Of a stretch of DNA of 64,000 bases, positions 9,657 through 18,948 are shown piece by piece. The notes under the pieces were generated by a model. That model was not told the DNA's origin and did not search any database. It saw only the letters and a list, made by a program, of their open reading frames with translations. The position numbers and the translations under genes were made by a program. Numbering within the stretch: position 1 is the stretch's first letter; each line of letters starts with the position of its first letter. Source of the stretch: Planctomycetota bacterium (GTDB lineage: Bacteria > Planctomycetota > Brocadiia > JAADGH01); NCBI GenBank assembly GCA_040755855.1, contig JBFMAD010000008.1:96001-160000 (forward strand). Direction: 5' to 3'.

Positions 9657-11311
9657 TGGCGAAGCCCGACGAACCAGGATACTACAAGCGGGAGGACCTC
9701 CTGAACGTGGACTACCATCCGCCGAAGACCGGCTGGATGGAGACGCCCGTGGACTTCCGGCCCGGCAGCTTCTGCTACCCTGGAAAGGCCAAGAACCTGA
9801 AGGTCCTCGACCTGCCGAACCCCAGGGAATGGGCCGTAACCGACGAGGACTGGAAGCTTCCCGACAACTGGAAGCAGCTCGTCCTCGAGGGCATGGCCGA
9901 GCGCCTGAAGAAATACCGCTCCTTCCAGCTCTTCATGGATACCTGCGTCCGGTGCGGCGCCTGCGCCGACAAGTGCCACTTCTTCATCGGCGGCGGCGAC
10001 CCGAAGAACATGCCCGTCCTCCGCGCCGAGCTATTGCGCTCGATCTACCGGAACGACTTCACCGCCCTGGGCAAGGTCTTCGGCAAGCTGGCAGGAGCGC
10101 GGGAGCTTACCGGCGATGTCATCAAGGAGTGGTTCTACTACTTCTTCCAGTGCACCGAGTGCCGGCGCTGTTCCGTCTTCTGCCCCTACGGCATAGATAC
10201 CGCCGAGGTCACCATGATGGCCCGCGAGCTCCTGGGGCTGCTCGGCATCTACATCAACTGGGTCATCGAGCCTGTGGCCAACTGCTACATGTTCGGGAAC
10301 CATCTGGCAATCCCCCCGCACGCGCTGATGGACACCCTGGAATTTATGACGGACGACATCGAGGAAGCCACGGGGATCAAGGTAGATATCCCCATGAACA
10401 AGAAGGGTGCCGAGGTCCTGTTCGTCGTCCCCTCGGGCGACTTCATCGCCGACCCCGGCATCTACACCTGCATGGGCTACATGCTCCTCCTCCACGATCT
10501 GGGAATTGACTATACTTGGAGCACCTACGCCTCGGAGGGCGGGAACTTCGGACTGTTCACCTCGCACGAGATGATCAAGCGCCTGAACGCCAAGATCTAC
10601 GCCGAGGCGAAGCGGCTGGGGGTCAAGTGGATCCTCGGCGGGGAATGCGGCCACATGTGGCGGGTGCTGCATCAATACATGGACACCGTGAACGGCCCGG
10701 CGGACTTCCTCGAAGTCCCGAAATCCCCCGTCACGGGTACGGTGTTCGAGAATGCAAAATCTACGAAGATGGTTCATATCATGGAATTCATCGCCGACGT
10801 GATCCATCACGGCAAGCTAAAACTAGATCCCAGCCGGAACGACCACATCCGCGTCACCTACCACGACTCCTGCAACCCCGCGCGGGCGATGGGCATCTAC
10901 GAGGAACCGAGGTATGTAATCAAGAGCGTGTGCAACCACTTCTTCGAGATGCCGGAGAACACGATTCGGGAGCAGACCTTCTGCTGCGGCGGCGGGGCCG
11001 GCCTGGGCACCGACGAGAACATGGAGATGCGCCTGCGCGGCGGGCTGCCCAGGGGGGCGGCGGTGAAGTACGTCCAGGAGAAGCACGGCGTGAACCAGCT
11101 CGCCTGCATGTGCGCCATTGACCGGGCCACGCTCGTCACCGTGTGCGACTACTGGTCCCCCGGCGTGAAGGTGACGGGCATCACGGAACTGGTCGCCAAC
11201 GCGATGGTGCTCAAGGGCGAGAAGAAGCGGACGCAGAACCTCCGCCTCGAGCCGATCCCAGGCATGGAAGAAGAGGGGGAGGAGGAAGGAGGCAAGCGCG
11301 ATGAAGGATAA
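9653..11311 (+). CDS. dsrK: DsrK, HdrD-like Fe-S catalytic subunit
   Basis: CVRCGACADKC, CTECRRCSVFCP, GECGH, HDSC, FCCGGG, CAID. Confidence 0.97.
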   Translation: MMAKPDEPGYYKREDLLNVDYHPPKTGWMETPVDFRPGSFCYPGKAKNLKVLDLPNPREWAVTDEDWKLPDNWKQLVLEGMAERLKKYRSFQLFMDTCVRCGACADKCHFFIGGGDPKNMPVLRAELLRSIYRNDFTALGKVFGKLAGARELTGDVIKEWFYYFFQCTECRRCSVFCPYGIDTAEVTMMARELLGLLGIYINWVIEPVANCYMFGNHLAIPPHALMDTLEFMTDDIEEATGIKVDIPMNKKGAEVLFVVPSGDFIADPGIYTCMGYMLLLHDLGIDYTWSTYASEGGNFGLFTSHEMIKRLNAKIYAEAKRLGVKWILGGECGHMWRVLHQYMDTVNGPADFLEVPKSPVTGTVFENAKSTKMVHIMEFIADVIHHGKLKLDPSRNDHIRVTYHDSCNPARAMGIYEEPRYVIKSVCNHFFEMPENTIREQTFCCGGGAGLGTDENMEMRLRGGLPRGAAVKYVQEKHGVNQLACMCAIDRATLVTVCDYWSPGVKVTGITELVANAMVLKGEKKRTQNLRLEPIPGMEEEGEEEGGKRDEG

Positions 11312-11684
11312 GCCCGTCATCATCGCCGGCTTGGTCGTCTTCCTCGCCGCGGCGACGTTCCCCGTCTGGTACAACCCGGCGACCGGAGGGACCGGCCCGC
11401 GTCCCCGGCCGGAACCGCCTGCCGGAGAGACCAAGTGCGTCGAGGACAAGGCATACATGACGGCGAACCACATGAAGCTGCTCCACGAGTGGCGGGAGAC
11501 CGTCGTCCGCGAGGGAGGCCGGTTCTACACCTCTCACGCCTCCGGCGAGCAGCACGAGATGAGCCTCGTCAGGACGTGCCTGAGATGCCACGCCAACAAG
11601 GAGACCTTCTGCGACCGGTGCCACAACTACGTGGACGTGCACCCTCGCTGCTGGGATTGCCACGTGGCCCCGGAGGGGAAGTGA
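11301..11684 (+). CDS. dsrJ: DsrJ, triheme cytochrome c
   Basis: N-terminal TM, CVE..YM..NHM, three CxxCH (CLRCH, CDRCH, CWDCH). Confidence 0.95.
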   Translation: MKDKPVIIAGLVVFLAAATFPVWYNPATGGTGPRPRPEPPAGETKCVEDKAYMTANHMKLLHEWRETVVREGGRFYTSHASGEQHEMSLVRTCLRCHANKETFCDRCHNYVDVHPRCWDCHVAPEGK

Positions 11685-11687
11685 ACG

Positions 11688-12464
11688 ATGGATAAGCGCA
11701 GACGAAATCTCTTGAGGACAATCGGATGTGCGGTAGGCGGGCTGGGGTGCGGGTTGCCGATCCTGAGCGCCATAGCGTCGGGCGAAAAAAAATCAAGCGC
11801 GACTAAGCAATTGGCCATGGTCATTGATATCCGCAAGTGCCTGAACGAAGAGCTGCGCCGCGCCTGCGCGACGGCCTGCCATCGGGAGCACAATGTCCCC
11901 GAGATCCCCGATCCCGAGGAAGAGGTCAAGTGGATCTGGAGCGAGAACTACGAGAACGCCTTCCCCGACCACGCCCACGAACGGCTCACGGATGCGTTGA
12001 AGGGCAAGCCGGTCCTGGTGCTCTGCAACCACTGCACCCATCCGGCCTGCGTGAAGGTCTGCCCGACGCAGGCGACATGGAAGCGGGAATCGGACGGCAT
12101 CGTGATGATGGACATGCACCGGTGCATCGGCTGCCGTTACTGCATGGCCGCCTGTCCCTATGGGGCGCGCAGCTTCAACTGGAGGAACCCGCGCCCGTTC
12201 ACCCGCGGCGCTATCCGGCCCGACTATCCCACGCGCACGAAGGGCGTGGTGGAGAAGTGCGACTTCTGCGTGGAAAGGCTCCGGGACGGCCGCCAGCCCG
12301 CGTGCGTAGAGGCGTCAAGAGAAATTTCGGGAGACGAAGGTGCGCTGACCTTCGGCAACCTGGCGGACCCAAACTCGGATGTGTCCCGAATCCTTCGGGA
12401 GAGGCATGCCATTTGTCGGCGGGTCCATCTCGGGACCGGACCCAACGTTTACTACATCGTGTGA
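11688..12464 (+). CDS. dsrO: DsrO, periplasmic ferredoxin-like subunit
   Basis: Tat-like RRNLL signal; CNHCTHPACVKVCP, CIGCRYCMAACPY, KCDFC..PACV. Confidence 0.95.
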   Translation: MDKRRRNLLRTIGCAVGGLGCGLPILSAIASGEKKSSATKQLAMVIDIRKCLNEELRRACATACHREHNVPEIPDPEEEVKWIWSENYENAFPDHAHERLTDALKGKPVLVLCNHCTHPACVKVCPTQATWKRESDGIVMMDMHRCIGCRYCMAACPYGARSFNWRNPRPFTRGAIRPDYPTRTKGVVEKCDFCVERLRDGRQPACVEASREISGDEGALTFGNLADPNSDVSRILRERHAICRRVHLGTGPNVYYIV

Positions 12465-12471
12465 GGCCGTC

Positions 12472-13638
12472 ATGCTGGAAAAGGCATTTCAAGGAGGCAA
12501 GCGATATTGGACGCTGCTCGCGTTGTGGGGGCTGCTCATCGCAGTCGGGCTCGCCGCCTACAGCCGCCAGATGACCGAGGGGCTTGCCGTGACGGGGCTG
12601 AGCCGCGACGTATCGTGGGGCCTCTACATCGCGCAGTTCACCTTCCTGGTCGGCGTGGCCGCCTCGGCGGTGATGGTGGTCCTGCCCTGCTACCTGCACG
12701 ATGTCAAGGCGTTCAAGCGCATGGTAATCCTCGGCGAGGCCCTGGCCGTGGCGGCCGTGCTGATGTGCATGCTCTTTATCTTCGTGGACCTCGGCCAACC
12801 ACGGCGCGTGATGAATGTCATGCTGCATCCCTCCCCCAACTCCGTCATGTTCTGGGACATGGTGGCGCTGTCGGGGTATTTGATGCTGAACCTGGTCATC
12901 GGCTGCGTTACCTTCGAGGCGGAGCGGAAGGGGACGCCGCCGCCGAAGTGGGTCAAGCCCCTCATCTTTCTCTCGATCCCGTGGGCGGTGAGCATCCATA
13001 CGGTGACGGCCTTCATTTTCGCCGGGCTGTCGGCGCGGCCCTTCTGGATGTCGGCTATTCTCGCACCGCGCTTTCTCGCCTCGGCGTTCGCGTCCGGCCC
13101 GGCTCTCCTGATCCTACTCGCCCTGATCCTGCGGAGGCTCACGAAGTTCGATCCAGGCCGGGAGGCCATCCAGAAGCTTGCCGTCATCGTCACCTACGCC
13201 CTGCTGATCAACCTGTTCTTCGTGCTCTCGGAACTGTTCACGGCGCACTACAGCAACATGCCGCACCACACCCATCATTTCGAGTACCTGTATGCCGGCC
13301 TCGGCGAGAATAAGGCGCTGGTCCCTTGGATGTGGGCGTCGGCCGTCCTTACCGTCGCGTGCGCGGCGTTGCTCCTTTTCCCATTCATTCGCCGGCGCGA
13401 AACTCCCCTTGCGTTGGTCTGCATCGCGGTGATCGTCGCCATCTGGATCGAGAAGGGCATGGGGCTGGTGGTTGCCGGGTTCATCCCTTCGCCCCTGGGC
13501 AAGATCACCGAGTATACGCCGACGGCGATTGAGGTCGCGATCACCGTGGGGGTCTACGCCATCGGCTTCCTCGTTCTGACGGTCCTATACAAGATCGTGG
13601 TCGGCGTGAGAGAGCGCATCGAGACCGCCGGCGGATGA
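12472..13638 (+). CDS. dsrP: DsrP, NrfD/PsrC-family membrane subunit
   Basis: TGLSRDVSWGLYIAQFTFLVGVAASA, DLGQP, SIHTVTAF, APRFLASAF; start at ATG 12472. Confidence 0.95.
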   Translation: MLEKAFQGGKRYWTLLALWGLLIAVGLAAYSRQMTEGLAVTGLSRDVSWGLYIAQFTFLVGVAASAVMVVLPCYLHDVKAFKRMVILGEALAVAAVLMCMLFIFVDLGQPRRVMNVMLHPSPNSVMFWDMVALSGYLMLNLVIGCVTFEAERKGTPPPKWVKPLIFLSIPWAVSIHTVTAFIFAGLSARPFWMSAILAPRFLASAFASGPALLILLALILRRLTKFDPGREAIQKLAVIVTYALLINLFFVLSELFTAHYSNMPHHTHHFEYLYAGLGENKALVPWMWASAVLTVACAALLLFPFIRRRETPLALVCIAVIVAIWIEKGMGLVVAGFIPSPLGKITEYTPTAIEVAITVGVYAIGFLVLTVLYKIVVGVRERIETAGG

Positions 13639-13659
13639 AGCGCGGACGCAACACGCCGG

Positions 13660-13689
13660 TTGACAACGGCCCCCTCCCTGCGGTATCAT
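13660..13689 (+). promoter_or_regulatory. Putative sigma70 promoter of TPR-exbBD operon
   Basis: TTGACA-N18-TATCAT just after dsrP. Confidence 0.6.
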
Positions 13690-13699
13690 CGTCTTTACG

Positions 13700-14710
13700 A
13701 TGAATGGTATTTCGCCCGCTTCGGGTATCCGTATGACATCTCGATCCGCCTGTGCGTTTGCCGTTTCATGGCTTCTCGTCTCAGTTCTCTGCGCCGATGA
13801 AATCGTGCTGAGCAGTGGCATCACCCTCAAGGGTCAGGTGGTGGAGCGCAACAGCAAACAGGTGGTCATCGTCAGCAGCGGTCGGAAGATCGCTTACAAG
13901 GCAAGTGAAGTGGGGACCGTCAAGCTCGATCCTCTCCCCGAATTTGAGGAAGGGCAGAAACTGCTTGCCGAAGGCAACGTCGCGGCCGCCATAAGGGCCT
14001 TCGAAAAGGTCCTGAACGGCGATCGGGTTCTGTTCCAGGAGGATGCTCGCGCTAAACTCGTCTTCTGTTATTTCCGCACCGGCCGGCCTGGTGATGCGGT
14101 GGCCGCCTTCCTGGAGATGCTTCGCAAGGCCCCGGACTCACGCCACCGTTCCGGTTTCCCCTGGCACTACGAGGGGGAGTTGACGGCCCCCATGCAAATC
14201 CGCAAGACGATCGCTGAAGCCCGCAAGACGGTGAACCTTGCTCCGGCCCTCGATGCGTGGGTCTCGCTTGTCGCGGGAGAAACAGCGGGGGCGCAGAAGC
14301 AGATATCCGCCCTGGTGCAGAGCAAGGACCCGGTCACAGCCGGCATCGGGACGATCCTTCAGCTTCGGTTGTTGTTTGAGTCGGGCAAACTCGTCGAGTA
14401 CACGAGACTTGTTGCGGAAAAAAAGTGGACCGCGCGCGACGACGTGTGGGCGTGGATATGGTATTGGGAAGGGCGACGCCTTATGGCCGAGAAGGACTAT
14501 CCTCGGGCCGCGCTTGCCCTGCTTCACGCGCCTGCGGTGTATCCGGAAAACGAATGTCTGGCCGGCGACTGTCTCTATCTTGTCGGCCAGTGCTTCGAGA
14601 AAATGAACCAGAAGGATAGGGCAAGAAACGAATACGCCGCCTTAATGAGCCAATTTCCGATTGCCCTCGCTGCGGACCAGGCTCGAAAACGCATCGAGGT
14701 CCTCAAATAG
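13700..14710 (+). CDS. Exported tetratricopeptide repeat protein (CpoB-like C-terminus)
   Basis: Signal peptide, small N-terminal beta domain, TPR-like helices ending YP..LAGDCLYLVGQCFE; start may be 13733. Confidence 0.75.
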   Translation: MNGISPASGIRMTSRSACAFAVSWLLVSVLCADEIVLSSGITLKGQVVERNSKQVVIVSSGRKIAYKASEVGTVKLDPLPEFEEGQKLLAEGNVAAAIRAFEKVLNGDRVLFQEDARAKLVFCYFRTGRPGDAVAAFLEMLRKAPDSRHRSGFPWHYEGELTAPMQIRKTIAEARKTVNLAPALDAWVSLVAGETAGAQKQISALVQSKDPVTAGIGTILQLRLLFESGKLVEYTRLVAEKKWTARDDVWAWIWYWEGRRLMAEKDYPRAALALLHAPAVYPENECLAGDCLYLVGQCFEKMNQKDRARNEYAALMSQFPIALAADQARKRIEVLK

Positions 14711-14729
14711 GTAGTTACAGGAGTAGCAG

Positions 14730-15512
14730 ATGACCGGCAACATACTTCGCGCCCGTGCAGTGACCGTGGCTCTCTGTTTCATTCTCATAGCCGTCCTCAG
14801 CATGGCCCTGGCGACGGCGCAGGAGGCCGAGGCCGGCAAGAAGGAGAAGTCGGCCCCGCGAGTGTCGCTGTTCGACACGTTGAAGAAGGGCGGCACGGTG
14901 GGGTGGGTGATTGTGTTTCTGAGCGTGGTGGCGGGGGCCTTGGCTGTGGAACACGCCATCACGATCCGCCGCACGGTGCTGATGCCGATGCCGGTGATCC
15001 AGAGAATCCGAAGCCTCCTCAAAACGCGGGACTTTGTCGAGTTGCGTGATTTCTGCGAGGAGAACGGGTCCTTTGTGGCCCGGGTGATCGGCGCCGCGGT
15101 GGCCGAACCTCGGGCGAGCTACGAGGATGTGGAGGAGGCCATGCTCGAGGCCGGCAGCGAGCAGGCGGCCAAGCTCTACCGGAAGATCGAATATCTGAAC
15201 CTTATCGGGAATGTATCCACCATGCTGGGATTGCTGGGCACGGTGGTAGGCATGGTGCAGGCCTTCGACACTATCGCCCGAACGGGCGGCTTCGCCAAAC
15301 CGGCCGAGCTGGCGGGAAGCATCTCATTGGCGTTGATCACCACGGTCGAAGGGTTGGTGGTGGCGATTCCATCTCTTATTGCCTACGTGTATTTTCGTAA
15401 CAAGGTTGAAGAGCTTTCGGCGGAGGTCGCCGCCGTCGGCGACGAAATCATGAAACCCATCCGGCTGCGCGCACTTCGGGACGACTCGAAGGAGGACGAA
15501 GAGGCGGAATGA
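14730..15512 (+). CDS. exbB: MotA/TolQ/ExbB proton channel protein
   Basis: STMLGLLGTVVGM, ISLALITTVEGLVVAIP. Confidence 0.92.
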   Translation: MTGNILRARAVTVALCFILIAVLSMALATAQEAEAGKKEKSAPRVSLFDTLKKGGTVGWVIVFLSVVAGALAVEHAITIRRTVLMPMPVIQRIRSLLKTRDFVELRDFCEENGSFVARVIGAAVAEPRASYEDVEEAMLEAGSEQAAKLYRKIEYLNLIGNVSTMLGLLGTVVGMVQAFDTIARTGGFAKPAELAGSISLALITTVEGLVVAIPSLIAYVYFRNKVEELSAEVAAVGDEIMKPIRLRALRDDSKEDEEAE

Positions 15513-15976
15513 AACCGAAGCGGCACATGCCCAAACGTCGCACCGGACTGCGCCTGAACATGACGCCGATGATTGACGTTGTATTCCAGCTCATCATTTT
15601 CTTCATGGCGGTCGCCGAGTTTTCGCGCATCGAGACGGAGGACGTGGAGCTGCCCGTCGCCGACCAGGCAGGCGTCGAGGAGACCGTCCCGCCCGGGCGC
15701 GTGGTAATCAATGTGGACAAGGACGGGCGATTGATCGTGGCGAAGCACGGGGTGGATTTCGCCACGCTCCAGCAGTGGCTGCGAGGCGAGGCCCAGCGGC
15801 ATCGCACAGGAAAGGGCGAGATCAACGTGCAGGTGCTGGTGCGCTCGGACGGGCGCGCCGACTTCGGACGAATTCAGGATATCATGCTCGAATGCGCGCG
15901 CAACGGCATCTGGCAGATCTCCTTCGCCGCGCTCACCGACGAGCAGCCGGACACGACCGACCAGGGAGGGCTGTGA
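15509..15976 (+). CDS. exbD: Biopolymer transport protein ExbD/TolR
   Basis: NMTPMIDVVFQLIIFFM; VRSD motif. Confidence 0.92.
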   Translation: MKPKRHMPKRRTGLRLNMTPMIDVVFQLIIFFMAVAEFSRIETEDVELPVADQAGVEETVPPGRVVINVDKDGRLIVAKHGVDFATLQQWLRGEAQRHRTGKGEINVQVLVRSDGRADFGRIQDIMLECARNGIWQISFAALTDEQPDTTDQGGL

Positions 15977-16425
15977 TGCGATTCAGAAAACCCAGCGGAC
16001 AGGATGAGGACCGACTTCAGCTTCGCATGACCCCGATGATTGATGTTGTCTTTCTCCTGCTCATCTTCTTCATGTGCGTCTCCAAGTGGAAGCAGGCGGA
16101 GGGGAACCTTGCAGCCGAGCTGCCCCCGGAGGGAGCGCCCGCCGAACAGGTCCAGCAGGAGCCCCCGGATCTGGAGAAGGTCGTAATCAAACTCCAGAAG
16201 TCGGGCGACGCAGTTGACATCCGGATGAACGAGCGTCTGTGCTCGACTTTTGACGTCTTGTTCGACAATTTGAGCGCCCTTCGCCAGCGGGTGGACGTGC
16301 CCGTCATCATTGACGCCGATCGGGACGTAGAGTTTCGCTTTGCCATCTCCGCCCTCAATGTGACGGTGAAGGCGGGGCTTTCCAACGTCTCCTTCGCCGC
16401 CCCTCTGGCGTCGCCTTCGGGTTAG
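15976..16425 (+). CDS. exbD: Second ExbD/TolR family protein
   Basis: MTPMIDVVFLLLIFFM; IIDAD; ATG overlaps previous stop. Confidence 0.9.
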   Translation: MRFRKPSGQDEDRLQLRMTPMIDVVFLLLIFFMCVSKWKQAEGNLAAELPPEGAPAEQVQQEPPDLEKVVIKLQKSGDAVDIRMNERLCSTFDVLFDNLSALRQRVDVPVIIDADRDVEFRFAISALNVTVKAGLSNVSFAAPLASPSG

Positions 16426-16430
16426 CTGAT

Positions 16431-18941
16431 ATGCGCATCCGGTCCGTCATTCTCCCAGCATTGATCCTTTCCTTCGCCTGCGCAGTACTCGGCCAGAGCG
16501 GGCGCGACGAAGCGTTCGTGGACGCCCTCATGGCAAGGGGCTACTACGACCTTCTCGAGCTGCAGTACCAGGACTGGCTGAAGCAGCCGAAAATAAAACC
16601 GGAGCAGGTGACCGAACTGAAACGCGGCTTGATTCGCGTCTACACGGAATGGGCCGAGGCGGTCCCCGACCGGGATCAAAAGAGCGATCTGTGGGACCGC
16701 GCCATGAACGATATAGACAAGCTCCTTTCGGGGACGCTCTCATCGAGAGATCGGGCCCGTCTCGAGCTGGATCTCGGCATCGTCTATCTGAACAAGGGGA
16801 ACACCGACGCGCTGGCGGCGGCGGGAAGTGAAACGGCCCGGGCGCGCGCGCAGGAGAACCTCAAGAAGTCGTCGGCGATCCTTCGCTCGGCAAGGGACGA
16901 GGCTACGAGGATGCTGGAGGAGGGCTTCCTTCCCGGAGGGGGAGAGGGGGAGGGCCGGCGGGAGCTGGTGGCGCTGACGTTGGAGGGGGAGTTCCGCCTG
17001 GCCTGGGCGCTCTACGGCCTGGCCAAGGTCTCCCGGCCCGGCGACGCGGAAAAGATCAATCTGCTGCGCGACGCGGAGGCGCGATTCAAATCCATTGCCG
17101 AGAGCTGCCCCAACACGAGCGCCGCCCACGAATCGAATCTCGGCATCGCCCTCTGCCTGCAGGAGGCCCGCGATATGCAGCAAGCCGAGGAGTCGCTTCG
17201 TAAACTTCTCCGAGAGGTGGATAATCCCGCCCTCAAATCAAGAATCTACTACCAGATGGCGCTCGTTTGCCAGGAGATAGGGGAGAGTGACGATGCGCTG
17301 GACGCCGCCCGAACGGCGCTGCGCACCCTGCGGCCTCCAAACCCGGACATGGCAAACGCCTGCCGCCTGCTCATCGCCAAGTGCCTCTACGGCACAGCCG
17401 CAAAAAGCAAAGGCCCCGCGGCCGAGAAGGACAGAAAAGAGGCGCGGGAGATATTGCAGGAACTTGAGGCCTCGGGCGGGCCATGGGCCGCCGCAGCCCG
17501 ACAGGTGATGGTGGCTCAGGCCAAGAGCGAGGGGGGGCGATACAAGGAACTCGCCGAGGCCGAGGCGCGGATGGAAAACGGCGACTACCAGGGCGCTTTG
17601 CAGAGCCTGGAGCGGTTTCTGTCGCAGTCCAAAGGAGAGATGGCCCCGGGACTCCGCGCGGAGCTGTTCTTCAAGAAGGGGCTGTGCTCCTCGAACCTGA
17701 AGGACTACGGCAAGGCGGCGGCGGCCTTTGAGACGGCATCAAAATCCGGCGGAAGCAGCGACCTGGCCGCTCAGGCGGCCTACTACGCCGCGGTGTGCTA
17801 TGGAAACCACTTCAGCAAGACCCAGACCAAGAAGGCCGGAGACACCTACGTCGCATCGCTGCATGACCTGCTCCAACGATTCCCGGAGCATTCCGACAGG
17901 AATGACGTTCGATATCGTCTGGCGAGGATCCGGGAGGAGAGAAAGGAGTTTGCGGCCGCTGCCGAGGAGTATCAGCGCATTGACGCGGACTCCCCGCTGC
18001 GCAGGGGCGCAGCGGACCGGGCGGCCGCCTGTCTGGAGAGACTTCTGCGGGAGGCATGGACGAAGCAGGAGACGCCAAAGGATGAGAAGGAACTCCTGGC
18101 AAGGGCCATCGCCCTGCTGGAGGAGGCAAGTCGGCCCCTGGGCGAGGAATCCCGCCAGGCAAAGGAGGGGCGGGAAGCCAACACCCTTGCCGCAAACGCA
18201 TGCGTGCGTCTGGCCCGGTTCTACCTGAACGAAAAGATAAACCAGCCCGAAAAGGCGGTAAAGCTGCTGGCGGGCTTCGCCGAGAAGTACCCTAACGAGG
18301 AGGAGGCGCGCGAGGATGCGCTCTTCATCGAGGCATGGGCCCTGGGCAGGGCAGGCCAGCTTGATGCGGGCATGGAGAAGCTGCGGCAGGCGCAGGCCGC
18401 CTTCCCCAAGTCGCAGAAGGCCGGGCCGGCGGCGATCACGCTGGCGCTTGGTTTTGAACAGCGGGCCGCCGCCGCCAAGGGCAAGGTGGAGAAGGACCTC
18501 GCCCGCAAGACGGCGGCCGATCTCTTCATGCTCGCCCTCCAGTCGCCGGGCACGGGGGAGCAGGAGAGCATCCAGATGTGGCTCCGGCTGGCCGATCTTT
18601 ACGTCGAAGTGGGCGACTGGAAGCAGGCCAAGAAGGCATACTCGGCCCTAAGTGGGCTTTTTCCCAAGGCGGTGAACGTGCACGAAGGTCTGGCGCGGTG
18701 CCACACCGGCCTGGGGGAGTTCAAGGAGGCGCTCGCGGAATGGCGCGTGGTGGAGGACGCCGCGGAGCCGGGCAGCGAGAAATGGTGGGAGGCCAAGTAC
18801 ATGATTGTCCTCATGCACTACAAGCTGCGAAACTACGAAGATGTGCAGAAGATCATCAGCGTCACGAAGGTCCTGAGGCCGTCCCTCGGCGGGCCGAAGT
18901 ACAAGGATAAGTTTCTGGAGATGGAGAATCGAACGAAGTAG
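16431..18941 (+). CDS. Large exported TPR protein
   Basis: 836 aa, signal peptide, many TPR-like repeats, C-terminal WWEAKY motif. Confidence 0.8.
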   Translation: MRIRSVILPALILSFACAVLGQSGRDEAFVDALMARGYYDLLELQYQDWLKQPKIKPEQVTELKRGLIRVYTEWAEAVPDRDQKSDLWDRAMNDIDKLLSGTLSSRDRARLELDLGIVYLNKGNTDALAAAGSETARARAQENLKKSSAILRSARDEATRMLEEGFLPGGGEGEGRRELVALTLEGEFRLAWALYGLAKVSRPGDAEKINLLRDAEARFKSIAESCPNTSAAHESNLGIALCLQEARDMQQAEESLRKLLREVDNPALKSRIYYQMALVCQEIGESDDALDAARTALRTLRPPNPDMANACRLLIAKCLYGTAAKSKGPAAEKDRKEAREILQELEASGGPWAAAARQVMVAQAKSEGGRYKELAEAEARMENGDYQGALQSLERFLSQSKGEMAPGLRAELFFKKGLCSSNLKDYGKAAAAFETASKSGGSSDLAAQAAYYAAVCYGNHFSKTQTKKAGDTYVASLHDLLQRFPEHSDRNDVRYRLARIREERKEFAAAAEEYQRIDADSPLRRGAADRAAACLERLLREAWTKQETPKDEKELLARAIALLEEASRPLGEESRQAKEGREANTLAANACVRLARFYLNEKINQPEKAVKLLAGFAEKYPNEEEAREDALFIEAWALGRAGQLDAGMEKLRQAQAAFPKSQKAGPAAITLALGFEQRAAAAKGKVEKDLARKTAADLFMLALQSPGTGEQESIQMWLRLADLYVEVGDWKQAKKAYSALSGLFPKAVNVHEGLARCHTGLGEFKEALAEWRVVEDAAEPGSEKWWEAKYMIVLMHYKLRNYEDVQKIISVTKVLRPSLGGPKYKDKFLEMENRTK

Positions 18942-18948
18942 CCCCGCT

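Noticed and set aside
2617..13638. Oxidative (reverse) Dsr interpretation
   Set aside because: No dsrEFH or dsrL in the window, dsrT present, and DsrA looks reductive-type by eye; final call needs phylogeny
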